64,000 nt of DNA. Origin: a virus. The stretch's first letter is position 1; every line of letters begins with the position of its first letter. Of this stretch, positions 51,134 to 61,339 are shown piece after piece. The stretch spans positions 1 to 64,000 of the IMG/VR virus record IMGVR_UViG_3300044977_000123, one strand, 5' to 3'. The notes below the pieces were generated by a model that worked only from the letters and a program-made list of their open reading frames with translations, was not told where the DNA came from and did no database searches. Both the position numbers and the translations under genes were made by a program.

Positions 51134-53242
51134 ATGGCCGTCGACCGTATCGTCCGTCCGTCCGCAGGCGCGGACGAAGACCTGGAGGTCCCCGGCTTCC
51201 TCCAGTCCGGCCGTGCCTCGCAGGCGATCGTCGGGGAGCTCGTCCGTCCGGACCGTCCGGCGTTCGACGCGGACGACGACGACATCGCTCCGGGCCTCAT
51301 CGAGTACTACCGTCCGCGTCCGCCGGTCCTGTCGCGGGCCGCGTCGGCGACGCTGGTGGCGGCCAGGGCGACGGGTCGCGGTGTCGGCTGGTCGGCCCGG
51401 CACGGCTGGCTCGTGGCCCGCTGGTTCGGTCACGGTGCGCGAGCGACCGCCGTACTGGGTCACCGGTACGTTCGGGCGCACGACCACATCGAGGCCCTCG
51501 GCGGTATGAACGGCCCTGCGTGGCGGAAGATCCTCGACACGCGGGCACGGCGCTGGAAGTTCCTCAGCTACGGCGCCGGCGGACTGGCGGCGGCGGACCT
51601 CGCCTCGTGGTGGGCCCTTGTGCGCTACGAGCACTTCGACGTCTTCCCCGGGCTCGCCGTCGCGCCCGCCGTCGAGGCCCTCGCCGCCGCCGGCCTGCTG
51701 ACCGTCTACGGCCGCTACCGGCTCGCGGCAAGGCTCGGGCCGACGCAGGTCGTGGACCCTGCGGACCTCGCGGAGGCTGACCCCGACGACCCGTTCCCGA
51801 TCGGCCACGCAACCACCTTCGACCAGGCCGCCGAGTGCCTATCGCGCGCGTTCCACGCCGAAGGCATCGAGACCCGGGACATCAGCGTCACCACCCGCCC
51901 GGCCTGGGGCTGGGAGCTCAAAGTCCTCCTCAAGGGCTGCACCCCGGCAAAGGTCGTTGCTGCGGCCGACAACCTCGAAGCACACATGGATCTGCCCGCG
52001 GGCGGGTTCATGCCGGAGCCGCACACCGCGAACCGGTCGAGGCTGACGGTGCGCCTGGTGGAGCGGGACCCGTTCGCGGACATGCCCCGGCCTGCCGTGC
52101 ACGCCCCGCGGTCCCTGTCGGTGCATGACCTGACGATCCTGGGTCGGGCGATGGACGGCGGCGACCTCGCGCTGTCGTTCGACGGATTCTGTGCGCTGGT
52201 GATCGGCGCGATGGGCGCAGGGAAGACGCTCGGGGCGCTGCGGACGTTCGCCGAGGCGCTGACCGCGTGCCGGGACGCCGTGTGCTGGGACTTGGACCCG
52301 CTGAAGGGCGGCCTCGGCGAGTTCGGCGACCTTATGGCGCTGCGGGCCCGCGGCCCCGAGGAGTGCGACGCAGCCCTGCTCAAGGCCCTGGCGTACGTGG
52401 AGGCCCGCGCGAAGGTCATCCGGGAGATCGGCATGGGAGACCGCTGGGTCGCGACCGAGGAGCACCCGGACCTGTACGTGTTCGTCGACGAGTACCTGCA
52501 GCTGTCCCCGAAGGGCAAGCAGACCGCAATTCAGGTTCTGCGCACGGGACGCCAGTACGGCATCTACCTGGTCATCGCGGGCCAGGAGGCCACCGAGGAC
52601 GCCTTGGGTGACGCCATCGCCTCGCTCATCGCCTACCGCATCCTGATGCCCTGCCGCTTCGAGGACATCAAGATTTGCTTCGGCGTCGGCAAGGGCGCGC
52701 TGGGCTGGCGGCCGGACCGCATGGAGCCCGCGGTTGGCCAGGTCGTCAACGACGCCGGCCAGAGCTTCATCATGGGCGGCCTGTTCACCCGGGCGATCCG
52801 CTACCGGTACTTCGCCTACTCCCCCGAGCAGATCGCCTCCGCGATTCCCGGGCGCATCGAGGCCGGGATGCCGCAGATGGATGCGGACACGCTGCGCGCT
52901 GCCGGGGAGGACGTGCCGACTGGCGGCCGGGTGCCCACGCTCGCCGACCGCCTCGATGCAACGGGCACTGTCGACGGGCAGCTGCTGGCGTGCGTGCTGG
53001 ACCTGTACAGCAAGCACCGCGCCGAGTTCGTGCCGACGCGCCTGATCCTCGCGCAGCTCGACGGCGCACCCGGCTGGGACCCGGGCGCGGCCCCGGGCCG
53101 GAGCCTGGGCCTGCTGATCTCCCGTCACGCGCTGGACGCGACCTCGTCGAAGGGCCAGTGGGGCGAGGAGCGGGATGTCCGCGGCTGGACCCTGAAATGG
53201 ATCCGGGCGGCGGCCGAGGATCTGCTCCGCGACCCGCCGTAG
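51134..53242 (+). CDS. traB: TraB-type FtsK/SpoIIIE conjugative DNA translocase
   Basis: TM segments, Walker A GAMGAGKT, DPLKG, VFVDE, GRQYGI...AGQ, C-terminal wHTH-like (VRGW). Confidence 0.85.
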   Translation: MAVDRIVRPSAGADEDLEVPGFLQSGRASQAIVGELVRPDRPAFDADDDDIAPGLIEYYRPRPPVLSRAASATLVAARATGRGVGWSARHGWLVARWFGHGARATAVLGHRYVRAHDHIEALGGMNGPAWRKILDTRARRWKFLSYGAGGLAAADLASWWALVRYEHFDVFPGLAVAPAVEALAAAGLLTVYGRYRLAARLGPTQVVDPADLAEADPDDPFPIGHATTFDQAAECLSRAFHAEGIETRDISVTTRPAWGWELKVLLKGCTPAKVVAAADNLEAHMDLPAGGFMPEPHTANRSRLTVRLVERDPFADMPRPAVHAPRSLSVHDLTILGRAMDGGDLALSFDGFCALVIGAMGAGKTLGALRTFAEALTACRDAVCWDLDPLKGGLGEFGDLMALRARGPEECDAALLKALAYVEARAKVIREIGMGDRWVATEEHPDLYVFVDEYLQLSPKGKQTAIQVLRTGRQYGIYLVIAGQEATEDALGDAIASLIAYRILMPCRFEDIKICFGVGKGALGWRPDRMEPAVGQVVNDAGQSFIMGGLFTRAIRYRYFAYSPEQIASAIPGRIEAGMPQMDADTLRAAGEDVPTGGRVPTLADRLDATGTVDGQLLACVLDLYSKHRAEFVPTRLILAQLDGAPGWDPGAAPGRSLGLLISRHALDATSSKGQWGEERDVRGWTLKWIRAAAEDLLRDPP

Positions 53243-53372
53243 ACCCGTCTGCGACCCGCCATCGACCCGCCGACGACCCGTCGGCGTCACCGCAGGTCAG
53301 ACGGCCCAAGACGGGTCGTCGGCGGGTCCGAGACGGATCTATGGCGGGTCCAGGACGGATCACCGGCGGGTT
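53231..53372. repeat. putative clt (cis-acting locus of transfer) array
   Basis: GACCCG at 53231/42/53/64/75; inverted CGGRTC at 53312/23/34/45/56 and CGGGTT at 53367; all 11-bp spaced. Confidence 0.8.
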
Positions 53373-53405
53373 GGATCACCTGAAATCGATGGAGAGGAGC
53401 GGCAG

Positions 53406-54182
53406 ATGGCCGCCAAGCGCACCACCAAGAAGACTGCCGCCCGCAAGCCGGCCCGGCGCGCCCCGATTGGCCGCCGCCCCGCGAACCGGCGTGATCCGCT
53501 GCACCGCTTCGCCGCCTGGTGCGGTCGGCTGCTCGCCCACCATGCTGCCCGGCACACTGCGGCGGTCCGCTCCCGGAAGGATGCGGCGATCCTGCGGGCG
53601 ACGCATGCGGGCTGCGCGGTCTGCGGAGGCACGGGCACGATCTTCACGAAGGACAAGAAGACGGGGGCATTCAGCGGCTCCAAGCCCTGCACCGCCAAGC
53701 CCGCCACCGTGAAGGTCTCCCGGCTCAAGGTTCATACGGCTGCGCGGGTCGGCGTCGACAAGCACTCCGGGCTGATCGGCTGGACGTGCCCGTGCGGCGC
53801 GAAGGAGAAGCCCCGCCATCGCGATGCGAAGGCCGCGACGGCAGCGCTCCGTGTGCACGAGAAGCGCAAGCACAACGGCACGACCGTCGGCGGCGCCTGG
53901 TACGCGCAGTTGCCTGAGGGGACAGCGCCGGCCAAGCCGATCACCGCAGCCCCGCCCGTGACCAAGACGGCTCCTGCGGGCGGCATGACCGACGCCGAGT
54001 GGATCAAGCAGAACTCGCGGCTCAGCCCGGCCGCCGCCGACCGCAAAGGTGTCTGCTGGTGCTGCGGCGGCAACGGCGCCCTCTACTCCGCGCACGGCGG
54101 CAAGCAGACCACGACCGTCTGCGGGATGTGCCACGGCACCGGGAAGGCCGCGACTGCCAGCGCCTCGAGGGGCGGTAGCTGA
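53406..54182 (+). CDS. basic protein with CxxCxGxG Zn fingers
   Basis: RBS GAGGAG; CAVCGGTG, CWCCGGNG, CGMCHGTG. Confidence 0.65.
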   Translation: MAAKRTTKKTAARKPARRAPIGRRPANRRDPLHRFAAWCGRLLAHHAARHTAAVRSRKDAAILRATHAGCAVCGGTGTIFTKDKKTGAFSGSKPCTAKPATVKVSRLKVHTAARVGVDKHSGLIGWTCPCGAKEKPRHRDAKAATAALRVHEKRKHNGTTVGGAWYAQLPEGTAPAKPITAAPPVTKTAPAGGMTDAEWIKQNSRLSPAAADRKGVCWCCGGNGALYSAHGGKQTTTVCGMCHGTGKAATASASRGGS

Positions 54183-54807
54183 TGGACTCCACGCTCTACT
54201 GCCCGCGCTGCGGAGGAACGGCCTTCGTCGACATCACCAACGAATTCACCGCACTGAAGGGGAAAGCCAATGCCGGACTCATGGAGATGGAGGTGAGCGG
54301 CCAGTGCGGGGCATGCGGAGCGCAGGCGTACAACTCCATGATCGGGCCGATCGACTCGTTCAAGATCACGACTGGTGCAGTCGGGCGGCGGCGATGAGCA
54401 GCCACGACAGTGCGCCCTACGACTGGGCCAAGGACGCCGTGCTCGCCGCAGCCCTGGCCCCGCGCAACCTGCCTGCTGTGGTCCCGCCGATTCCCGGCGT
54501 CGTCCACAATCCGGGCCAGCAGCCCTACTACGCCCACACGCCCGCCGTCGTGCACCCGTATGACCCGCTGCCGCAGCGCATGATGGGCTGCGGTGTGATG
54601 GCGTTCGGGATCCTCGCCGGCGCCGGTGTCGCTGAGGCCGGGTCCTATCTGATGTTCGCTGGCCTGTCGTTGGCGACGCACGCTGTGATCGGGATCGCGG
54701 CGACCGTGGCGTCCGGGGCGGTTGCGGTGGTGGCGTTGCGGATCTCTGGTGGGGTGCGGATCACGAACTTTCACCAGGGCGACAACTCGACCTGGTCGGG
54801 CCGGTGA
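54182..54807 (+). other. Zn-ribbon protein 54182-54397 and two-TM Spd-like protein 54394-54807
   Basis: coupled ORFs. Confidence 0.55.
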
Positions 54808-54999
54808 GTCCGCCCCGGCCACGCACCTGGGGTCGCAGGGTCAGCGTCTGGCTATCGCACCTGATTTGGTGGATGTGCCTACTCGGGATCCCGGTCGTCG
54901 CCGGCCGCCACTGACGGCGCGCGTTCCGTCTTGTGCGCCGCCGCATCGAAACCGGGGCATCGGCCCCAACGTCTCTACATGCAACCTTCGGAGGTCATC

Positions 55000-55200
55000 A
55001 TGCCGTTCCGCTTCACCAAGTCGTTCAAGATCCTGCCGGGTGTGAGGATTCGCTTCAACGGCAAGTCGAGGAGTATCACCTTCGGCTCCGGCCGGGTGCA
55101 CGAGACGCTGTCCTCGACCGGCCGCCGCACGACGTCCGTTCGGATCGGCGACGGACTGTCCTGGCGCAAGAGCAGCAAGCGGCGCGACCGGAGAGGATGA
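55000..55200 (+). CDS. DUF4236-like protein
   Basis: MPFRFTKSFKILPGVRIRFN..S.SITFG. Confidence 0.75.
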   Translation: MPFRFTKSFKILPGVRIRFNGKSRSITFGSGRVHETLSSTGRRTTSVRIGDGLSWRKSSKRRDRRG

Positions 55201-55392
55201 TGAACCCGTGACCGAGTCCCGCTTCACTGCCCCCGCCGCAGGCTGGTACGAGTTCCGCAAGGAGTACCGGGTGGTCCTGGGCGGTCCGCCGATCATCGTT
55301 GGCTGGTACCCGTGGAGCAAGGGGCCCGAGGTCGACCCGGAGGCCGAGTCGACGACTATGGCCGTACCGTTCGATAGTGAGACAGGACCACG

Positions 55393-55761
55393 GTGACTGA
55401 CGCCCTGGCGTCCTGGCTCCGTGCCCAGCTCGACGCCGACGAGCAGTGGGTCGACTGCCTGCCGACAGACGCCGACTACGAGCGCTGCGCCATCACCGGG
55501 TCGCTCAGCATCAACCGCATCCGGGCGCTCCGAGTCGTGACGGAGACCGCGGACGTTGCGGCCGTCCGCCGGCAGATCGGCAACCACACAGCGGACGCCA
55601 ACGACTGCTGCCGGACCTGCGCGCACTGGGTCACCGACTGGGTCGACGGCCACAAGACCCGACTCGCCTACGAAGGCGTCCGGGCACCGTGCCTGAGCCT
55701 GCGGCTGCTGGCGCTGCCATATACGGGCAGGCCCGGCTTTCGGGAAGAATGGCGGCCATGA
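55393..55761 (+). CDS. DUF6221-like protein
   Basis: L.SWLRAQLDADE...PC.SLRLLALPY..RPGFREEWRP. Confidence 0.75.
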   Translation: MTDALASWLRAQLDADEQWVDCLPTDADYERCAITGSLSINRIRALRVVTETADVAAVRRQIGNHTADANDCCRTCAHWVTDWVDGHKTRLAYEGVRAPCLSLRLLALPYTGRPGFREEWRP

Positions 55762-56315
55762 CCTCGCCTGTCCGCCGCAGTTCATCGACCCCGTCAACTG
55801 CAGCTCGCCCGTCGGGCCGGGGCCGTCTCTGGGCCGCTGGAATCGTCATCCTGGCCGTGGTCGCGCTGGTCGTCGTCGAGCACGGCAGCAGCACTCCGAA
55901 GGCGGCGGCAGTGACGCCGGCGACCTTCCCGTCCGTGTCGCCCAGGCAGGCTGTTGCCGAGTGGCTCAACGGGAACGGTCCCGCTGAGATCAGGAGCCTC
56001 AAGAGGGACTACGAAGGGTTCACGAGTGACCTCACCCTCGACTCCCTGTTCGCTGTCCAGGAGGACTGCACGCTGCTGAACCAGGAAGGCAGATCCGACC
56101 CGGAATTCGCACCAATCCCCGATGCTCAGGCCGAAGCCGACTGGACTGCTGCCCTCGCACTGTTCGACAAGGGCGGCAATGACTGCCTGGACAGTCTTAC
56201 GCGGGCTGACATCGACGAGGGCTCGACAGCCGTCACCGAACTGCAGCAGGCTGACGATGATCTGACGCAGACCATCGCGCGGATCACGGCACTCACTGGC
56301 GTGACGGTGTCCTGA
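55758..56315 (+). CDS. membrane-anchored exported protein
   Basis: single TM segment, then a helical acidic domain. Confidence 0.6.
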   Translation: MTSPVRRSSSTPSTAARPSGRGRLWAAGIVILAVVALVVVEHGSSTPKAAAVTPATFPSVSPRQAVAEWLNGNGPAEIRSLKRDYEGFTSDLTLDSLFAVQEDCTLLNQEGRSDPEFAPIPDAQAEADWTAALALFDKGGNDCLDSLTRADIDEGSTAVTELQQADDDLTQTIARITALTGVTVS

Positions 56316-56420
56316 GGCGCCGGCCGCCGCTCGATCGGGTGACCGCCCCGCCGAAGCACCGCGCGCCGGCCGCCCGGCCCCGTACGCTGCGGCCACCAAC
56401 CGCGCACCGAGGGAGCCACC

Positions 56421-58800
56421 ATGGCGTCGATCCGCACCTACAACGGAGAGATCCGTATCTGCACGTCCTGCGGCCAGCCCGCCTACGAAGGCGACTACGG
56501 GTGGGAGCACTTCGACGAGCAGTGGGACGGCATCCACTGCAGCCAGTTCCCGCTCGCCGACGACGTCGTGGCAATCAACTGGGACGAGGGATCGCTCGGC
56601 GACCTGAAGGCGCAGTACGTGGACACGCACCCGCAGCGGCAGGGCCAGGGCCAGCGGGCGTGAAGGTGCGGTGAATCCGCGCCCGCGTACGCCCCACCCG
56701 GCGCATGCTGGTCCTACTGCCTCACTCGCAGCGCCCCCGGCCCGGCCGACTCCACCCGTCGGTCGGGACCGCGCATGCCCGGTGCGAGGCGCATCATGGT
56801 CACCGTGGCAGATCCCCAACTGAACTTCCTGCGCAAAGCCGTCCGCGACCAGTGGTGGGCAGCCAGCGCCGCCATCTACCGCGAGCCCCGCGAGCAGATC
56901 TACAGCGCCGACGGCCAGTACCGGGAAGCCGTCATGTGCGACCCGCGCGCCCGTAGCGACCTTGCCGACGCCGAAGCGAAGCGCGGCCTCACCGACCTGC
57001 TCGTCAACATCAGCCGCGACGAGACCGCAACAGCCAAAGAGCGGGCCCTCGCCGGGCGCGTCCTCAACTGGCTCGCGTCCGCCTACAGCGACCGGGCCGA
57101 ATACAAGACCGAGTGGTGGCCGACGGACGCGCCGTGCCGCCAGTGCCACGGCGAGCCGATGGCCGGGTACGCCTGCAACCAGTGCGGGGCGGGTTCGGGC
57201 GCATCATGATGAGCATGACCCCGATCGTCATCGCCCGCGCCGTCGAGACCTGCGGCGGCCTCCCCGCACAGTGGGACGCCTGGACCGCCGACGGCCAATA
57301 CCTCTATCTGCGCTACCGGCACGGCATCGGCACCGTCAACGCCGAGCCCAGTCCGGACATTGCCACCTGGACCGAGGACCACCTGGTTGCCGAGTTCGAC
57401 ACCGGCGACGGGCTCGGCGTCATCGAGCTCGCCGAGTTCTGCGAGCGGGCCGGGCTGGTCCTCGCGGACGGGTTCGAGCATGTGCCGTACGCGGATTACG
57501 TGGAGCAGGAGATGAGGCGGGCATGAGTGAGCAGCCCGACCCGCACAGCCTCGGCGCCGAAACGATGCGCGCCGCCTTCGCCGAACTGGCGAACCCCCGC
57601 CGCACCCTCAGCCCTTACGACGAAGCCCTGATCGCCCACGCCCGGATGCAGCCGCCCGACGATTTCCAGCGCCTCGTCGACGAATCCGTCCTCGCCGGGG
57701 AGCACGTCCACACCTGGCGGGGTGGGGAACTGCGATGTGTGATGGGAGAGTGCGACTGATGGGCGACGACGACCTGACCGCGAGCATCGAGGCCGCCATC
57801 GAAGCGCTGCCCACCGACCTCGTCCCGTTCGACCTCGGCTGCTCCACCGTCCTCACTCTGCCGCCGTGGCCGCCGCTCCTTGCTGGCGCCTGGTACGAGC
57901 GCGGGAAGGGCTGGGGCTGGTACGGGGCCGGTGGGGAACGCGAGCCGGTTCCTGCGGGGATCATCGCCGACGCCGGGCTGCCCACTGAGGTCGACCTGCC
58001 GGACGGGCTGAACGTCCTCTTCTTGCACGGGCGGCCGTTTCGGAACGTGATCCCGAGGAGGCAGCCGTGACGGACGCCGACCGTCTCATCGCCGTCCTGC
58101 GTACCGCGATCACCACGGCCGAGGCGCACCGGCGCGGGCTGGCCGAACTGTGCGACCAGCTCAAGAAGGCGGGGGTGGGAGTGATGCCGGCCTTTGCAGC
58201 ATGGGACGCCGTCAATGCCTCCGAGGCGCTCGTCAGCTCCCTGCGATACCGACTCGGCGAGGCCGAGGAAGCGCAGCGGGAAGACGAGCGGATCGACGCC
58301 AGCCTGCGGGAAACGGGACTCGACCCGGACGACTTCGAGGACGATGAGGACGAGCCGTCCAGCGCCGCAGCACTGCCCGAGTGGGCCCGCGAACCGGCAC
58401 TGCTGATGGACCCGTCGCCGCTTGCAATGCGGATGATCACGAGTGCAGACGTGTTCTCGCGGCTACCGTCGCCCAGCTGCTATCAGACATCGTTCGGTCC
58501 GGTTCACTCGCGGCCGTCGTGCCGCTGCCCGAGGTGAGCGACGCCGACTGGCGGCACGACGGCACCATCCCGCCGATCTGCCACGCGATCGCGGCCGCCC
58601 GGGATGCGGCCATGATGCACTCGCCGTGGGAACAGGAGCTGGAAGTGTTCCTCAACCCGGCCGACGCCAAGGCGTTCGCACCGTTCACCCGCGTCCGGGG
58701 CCTGCCGCTCAAGACGTCGCTCGGCGTCCCCGAAGGCCGAGTGTTCATCTTCGACCGGCACCGGATGCGCTACCTGCCCGACGGGGCGCTCGACTCCTGA
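56421..58800 (+). other. hypothetical genes: 56421-56663, 56796-57209, 57206-57526, 57523-57759, 57759-58070, 58067-58537, 58534-58800
   Basis: mostly overlapping start/stops. Confidence 0.55.
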
Positions 58801-59053
58801 GCTGGCTGCGCCCGCGCCATCCACCGGCCGCCGCGCCCCGGCACCTCGTACGCCTTCCCCGATGCGAGGGGCTCCAGGTCGAGTGCGGCACAGACCCGGG
58901 CGAGCAGGGACTCGGTCTCACCCCGCGTGTCCGCCTGCACCGTCACCATCGCTGCGCTCATGCCCACCATCGTGACTGACCGTCACACCGTTCGCACGAG
59001 GAACGCGAGAAACCGGTCCGCAATCCGCCTGATCCTCCTGTACCGTGGGCGGC

Positions 59054-59187
59054 ATCCAGGTGCGAAGGCGGGTCCTACTTCCACTGTTAATGGGGATGTC
59101 GCGGGTTCGAGTCCCGTCACCGACTTCGGTCGGTGTAGCTCAGTTGGCAGAGCGCCTTGTCGGATCCACCGACCTTGACCTCTGGAT
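59054..59187 (+). ncRNA. yrlA: Y RNA 1 (YrlA-type) with permuted tRNA domain
   Basis: terminal stem ATCCAG/CTGGAT with GGTGCGA/TTGACC Ro site; T arm 59101-117, acceptor hairpin 59118-135, D arm 59136-153. Confidence 0.85.
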
Positions 59188-59204
59188 CAACAACTTCACA
59201 TGCA

Positions 59205-59274
59205 CCTCCCGGTGCGCTGGCCAGCGGCTACTTCTTGGTGAATCACGCCGCAGGCCGACATTGATCTCGGGAGG
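59205..59274 (+). ncRNA. Y RNA 2 (short, no tRNA domain)
   Basis: CCTCCCG-GTGCG...TTGATC-T-CGGGAGG, same Ro-type stem. Confidence 0.7.
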
Positions 59275-59284
59275 ATATGCATCG

Positions 59285-59425
59285 GGGGTGCCCGGTGCGA
59301 CAGCAACGGGTTCATCAATGGGTCGCGGGTTCGAGTCCCGCCCGGTCGGCGCAAGCTGGCCGGTAGCTCAGGCGGTAGAGCAGTTGACTACAACTCCCGT
59401 CGCTGACCTTGATCTCGGGCACCCC
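59285..59425 (+). ncRNA. yrlA: Y RNA 3 (YrlA-type)
   Basis: GGGGTGCCCG/CGGGCACCCC stem with GGTGCGA/TTGATC; T arm 59325-341, acceptor hairpin with GCAA loop, D arm TAGCTCAGGCGGTAGAGC. Confidence 0.85.
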
Positions 59426-59461
59426 ACTGCATGTCTTCCCCTCCACGTGAGGGGTTTTGCT

Positions 59462-61162
59462 TTGTCCCGCTTCAACACCCGGACCGCCCGTCCGTCCGGC
59501 ATATCGCCCGTGACCACGACCGGGCAGACCGTCACCACCCACGAGGGCGGCACCGGCTTCCTCCGCGACGAGAAGAGCGAGCTGTTCCTCCTCGCGGTGG
59601 CGAACTTCGTCGGCCAGGACACCTTCTACGAGCAGGGCGGCCAGCGCGACGACCGCTACACCCAGCTCGTCCGGCAGCTCGCCGTCGCCGACCCTGAGTG
59701 GACCGCTGGACTGCTCGGCTGGCTCCGCGCCGACGGCAACATGCGCACCGCATCGCTCGTCGGCGCGGCCGAGTACGTCAAGGCCCGTCTCGACGCCGCA
59801 GGCAGCCGCGAGCGCCGCATCCACGAGCAGGGGGCCGACAAGGCCGCGACCGTATGGTCCGGCGACAGCCTCGACTACTCCGCCGCCGCGAACCGTCGCG
59901 TCATCGCCTCCGTCCTGCAGCGCCCGGACGAGCCCGGCGAGCTGCTGGCCTACTGGACGTCCCGCTACGGCCGGAACCTCCCGAAGCCCGTGAAGCGCGG
60001 TGTCGCCGACGCTGTCCAGCGGCTGTACAACGAGAGGAGCCTCCTCAAGTACGACACCGACTCGAAGGGCTACCGGTTCGGCGACGTCCTCGAGCTCGTC
60101 CACGCCTCGCCCGCAAAGCCCTACCAGCACGACCTGTTCAAGCACGCCATCGACCGGCGCCATAAGCGCGACAACCCGATCCCCGACGGGCTGCGGATCG
60201 TTCGCAGCCGCGAGGAGCTCTTCAGCCTGCCCGTCAAGGCCCGGCGCGCCGTACTGGAGTCGGCGCAGGGCATGGAGCGGCTCGCGGACGCTGGTGTCAA
60301 CTGGGAGGCACTGGCGGGCTGGCTCCAGGGCCCGATGGACCAGGAGGCGTGGAAGGCAGTCATCCCGTCCATGGGCTACATGGCGCTCCTGCGGAACCTG
60401 AGGAACTTCGACCAGGCCGGCGTGTCCGACAGCGTCGCGCAGCAGGTCGCAGCGAAGCTCGCCGACCCGGAGCAGGTCGCCCGCTCCCGGCAACTGCCGA
60501 TGCGGTTCTACTCGGCGTACCGGGCTGCGCCGTCGCTGCGCTGGTCATGGGCGCTGGAGCAGGCGCTCGGGCATTCGCTCGCGAACATCAACCGGCTGCC
60601 CGGCCGGACCCTGGTCCTGGTCGACACGTCCGGGTCGATGCACGCCGGGTTCAGCAAGGACGGCACGGTGATGCGCTGGGACGCGGCGGTCGTGTTCGGG
60701 ATCGCCCTCGGGTACCGGTGCGCGCAGGCCGATGTGGTGTCGTTCTCCGACGCCGGCTACGGCTACGGCTGGAATTCGCGCGGCAACAGCGACGCGAGCC
60801 GACCGTTCGCGCTCACGCCCGGAGGCTCGGTCCTCGCGGAGGTCAAGCGCTGGAACGACGACGGCTACTTCATCGGCGGCGGCACCGACACTGCTGGCGC
60901 GGTCCAGCGGCACTTCGCCGGGCACGACCGGGTCGTGATCCTCACCGATGAGCAGGCCAACAGCAACGGCTCCGTCGACCGGGCGGTCCCGGCGAACGTG
61001 CCGATGTACACCTGGAACCTCGCGGGTTACCGGGCTGGCCACGCGCCGTCCGGGAGTCGCAACCGGCACACGTTCGGCGGGCTCACCGATGCGGCCTTCC
61101 GCATGGTGCCGCTGCTGGAGGCTGGGGCGAACGCCACCTGGCCCTGGCTCCAGTCCGCCTGA
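59462..61162 (+). CDS. rsr: Ro60/Rsr TROVE-vWA RNA-binding protein
   Basis: TTG start with RBS; TFYE, GNMR, YMALLRNLRN, SRQLPMRF, LVDTSGSM, GGTD, ILTDEQ. Confidence 0.92.
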   Translation: MSRFNTRTARPSGISPVTTTGQTVTTHEGGTGFLRDEKSELFLLAVANFVGQDTFYEQGGQRDDRYTQLVRQLAVADPEWTAGLLGWLRADGNMRTASLVGAAEYVKARLDAAGSRERRIHEQGADKAATVWSGDSLDYSAAANRRVIASVLQRPDEPGELLAYWTSRYGRNLPKPVKRGVADAVQRLYNERSLLKYDTDSKGYRFGDVLELVHASPAKPYQHDLFKHAIDRRHKRDNPIPDGLRIVRSREELFSLPVKARRAVLESAQGMERLADAGVNWEALAGWLQGPMDQEAWKAVIPSMGYMALLRNLRNFDQAGVSDSVAQQVAAKLADPEQVARSRQLPMRFYSAYRAAPSLRWSWALEQALGHSLANINRLPGRTLVLVDTSGSMHAGFSKDGTVMRWDAAVVFGIALGYRCAQADVVSFSDAGYGYGWNSRGNSDASRPFALTPGGSVLAEVKRWNDDGYFIGGGTDTAGAVQRHFAGHDRVVILTDEQANSNGSVDRAVPANVPMYTWNLAGYRAGHAPSGSRNRHTFGGLTDAAFRMVPLLEAGANATWPWLQSA

Positions 61163-61339
61163 CTTGCCACCAGGATGTGCCTGCGAGGTGCATCCTGGAT
61201 TCACTCGGCCCTCAGTAGCCTCCCCCGACTGCTGGGGGTCGAGGTGCGTTCGGGTGCAGGTGGGACCGCATTCGGGCGATCAAGAGCGCATACTGGCAGC
61301 AGCCACTGCCCTCACTCCTGCCACATGGGGAGCTGCGCC

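Noticed and set aside
59101-59381. Canonical tRNA genes
   Set aside because: The T arm precedes the D arm and the acceptor stems are closed by tetraloops; there is no linear cloverleaf or CCA end.
59045-59461. N-terminal 139 codons of the 705-aa ORF
   Set aside because: Overlaps three structured Y RNAs; a TTG with RBS at 59462 gives a typical TROVE start (MSRFNTR).
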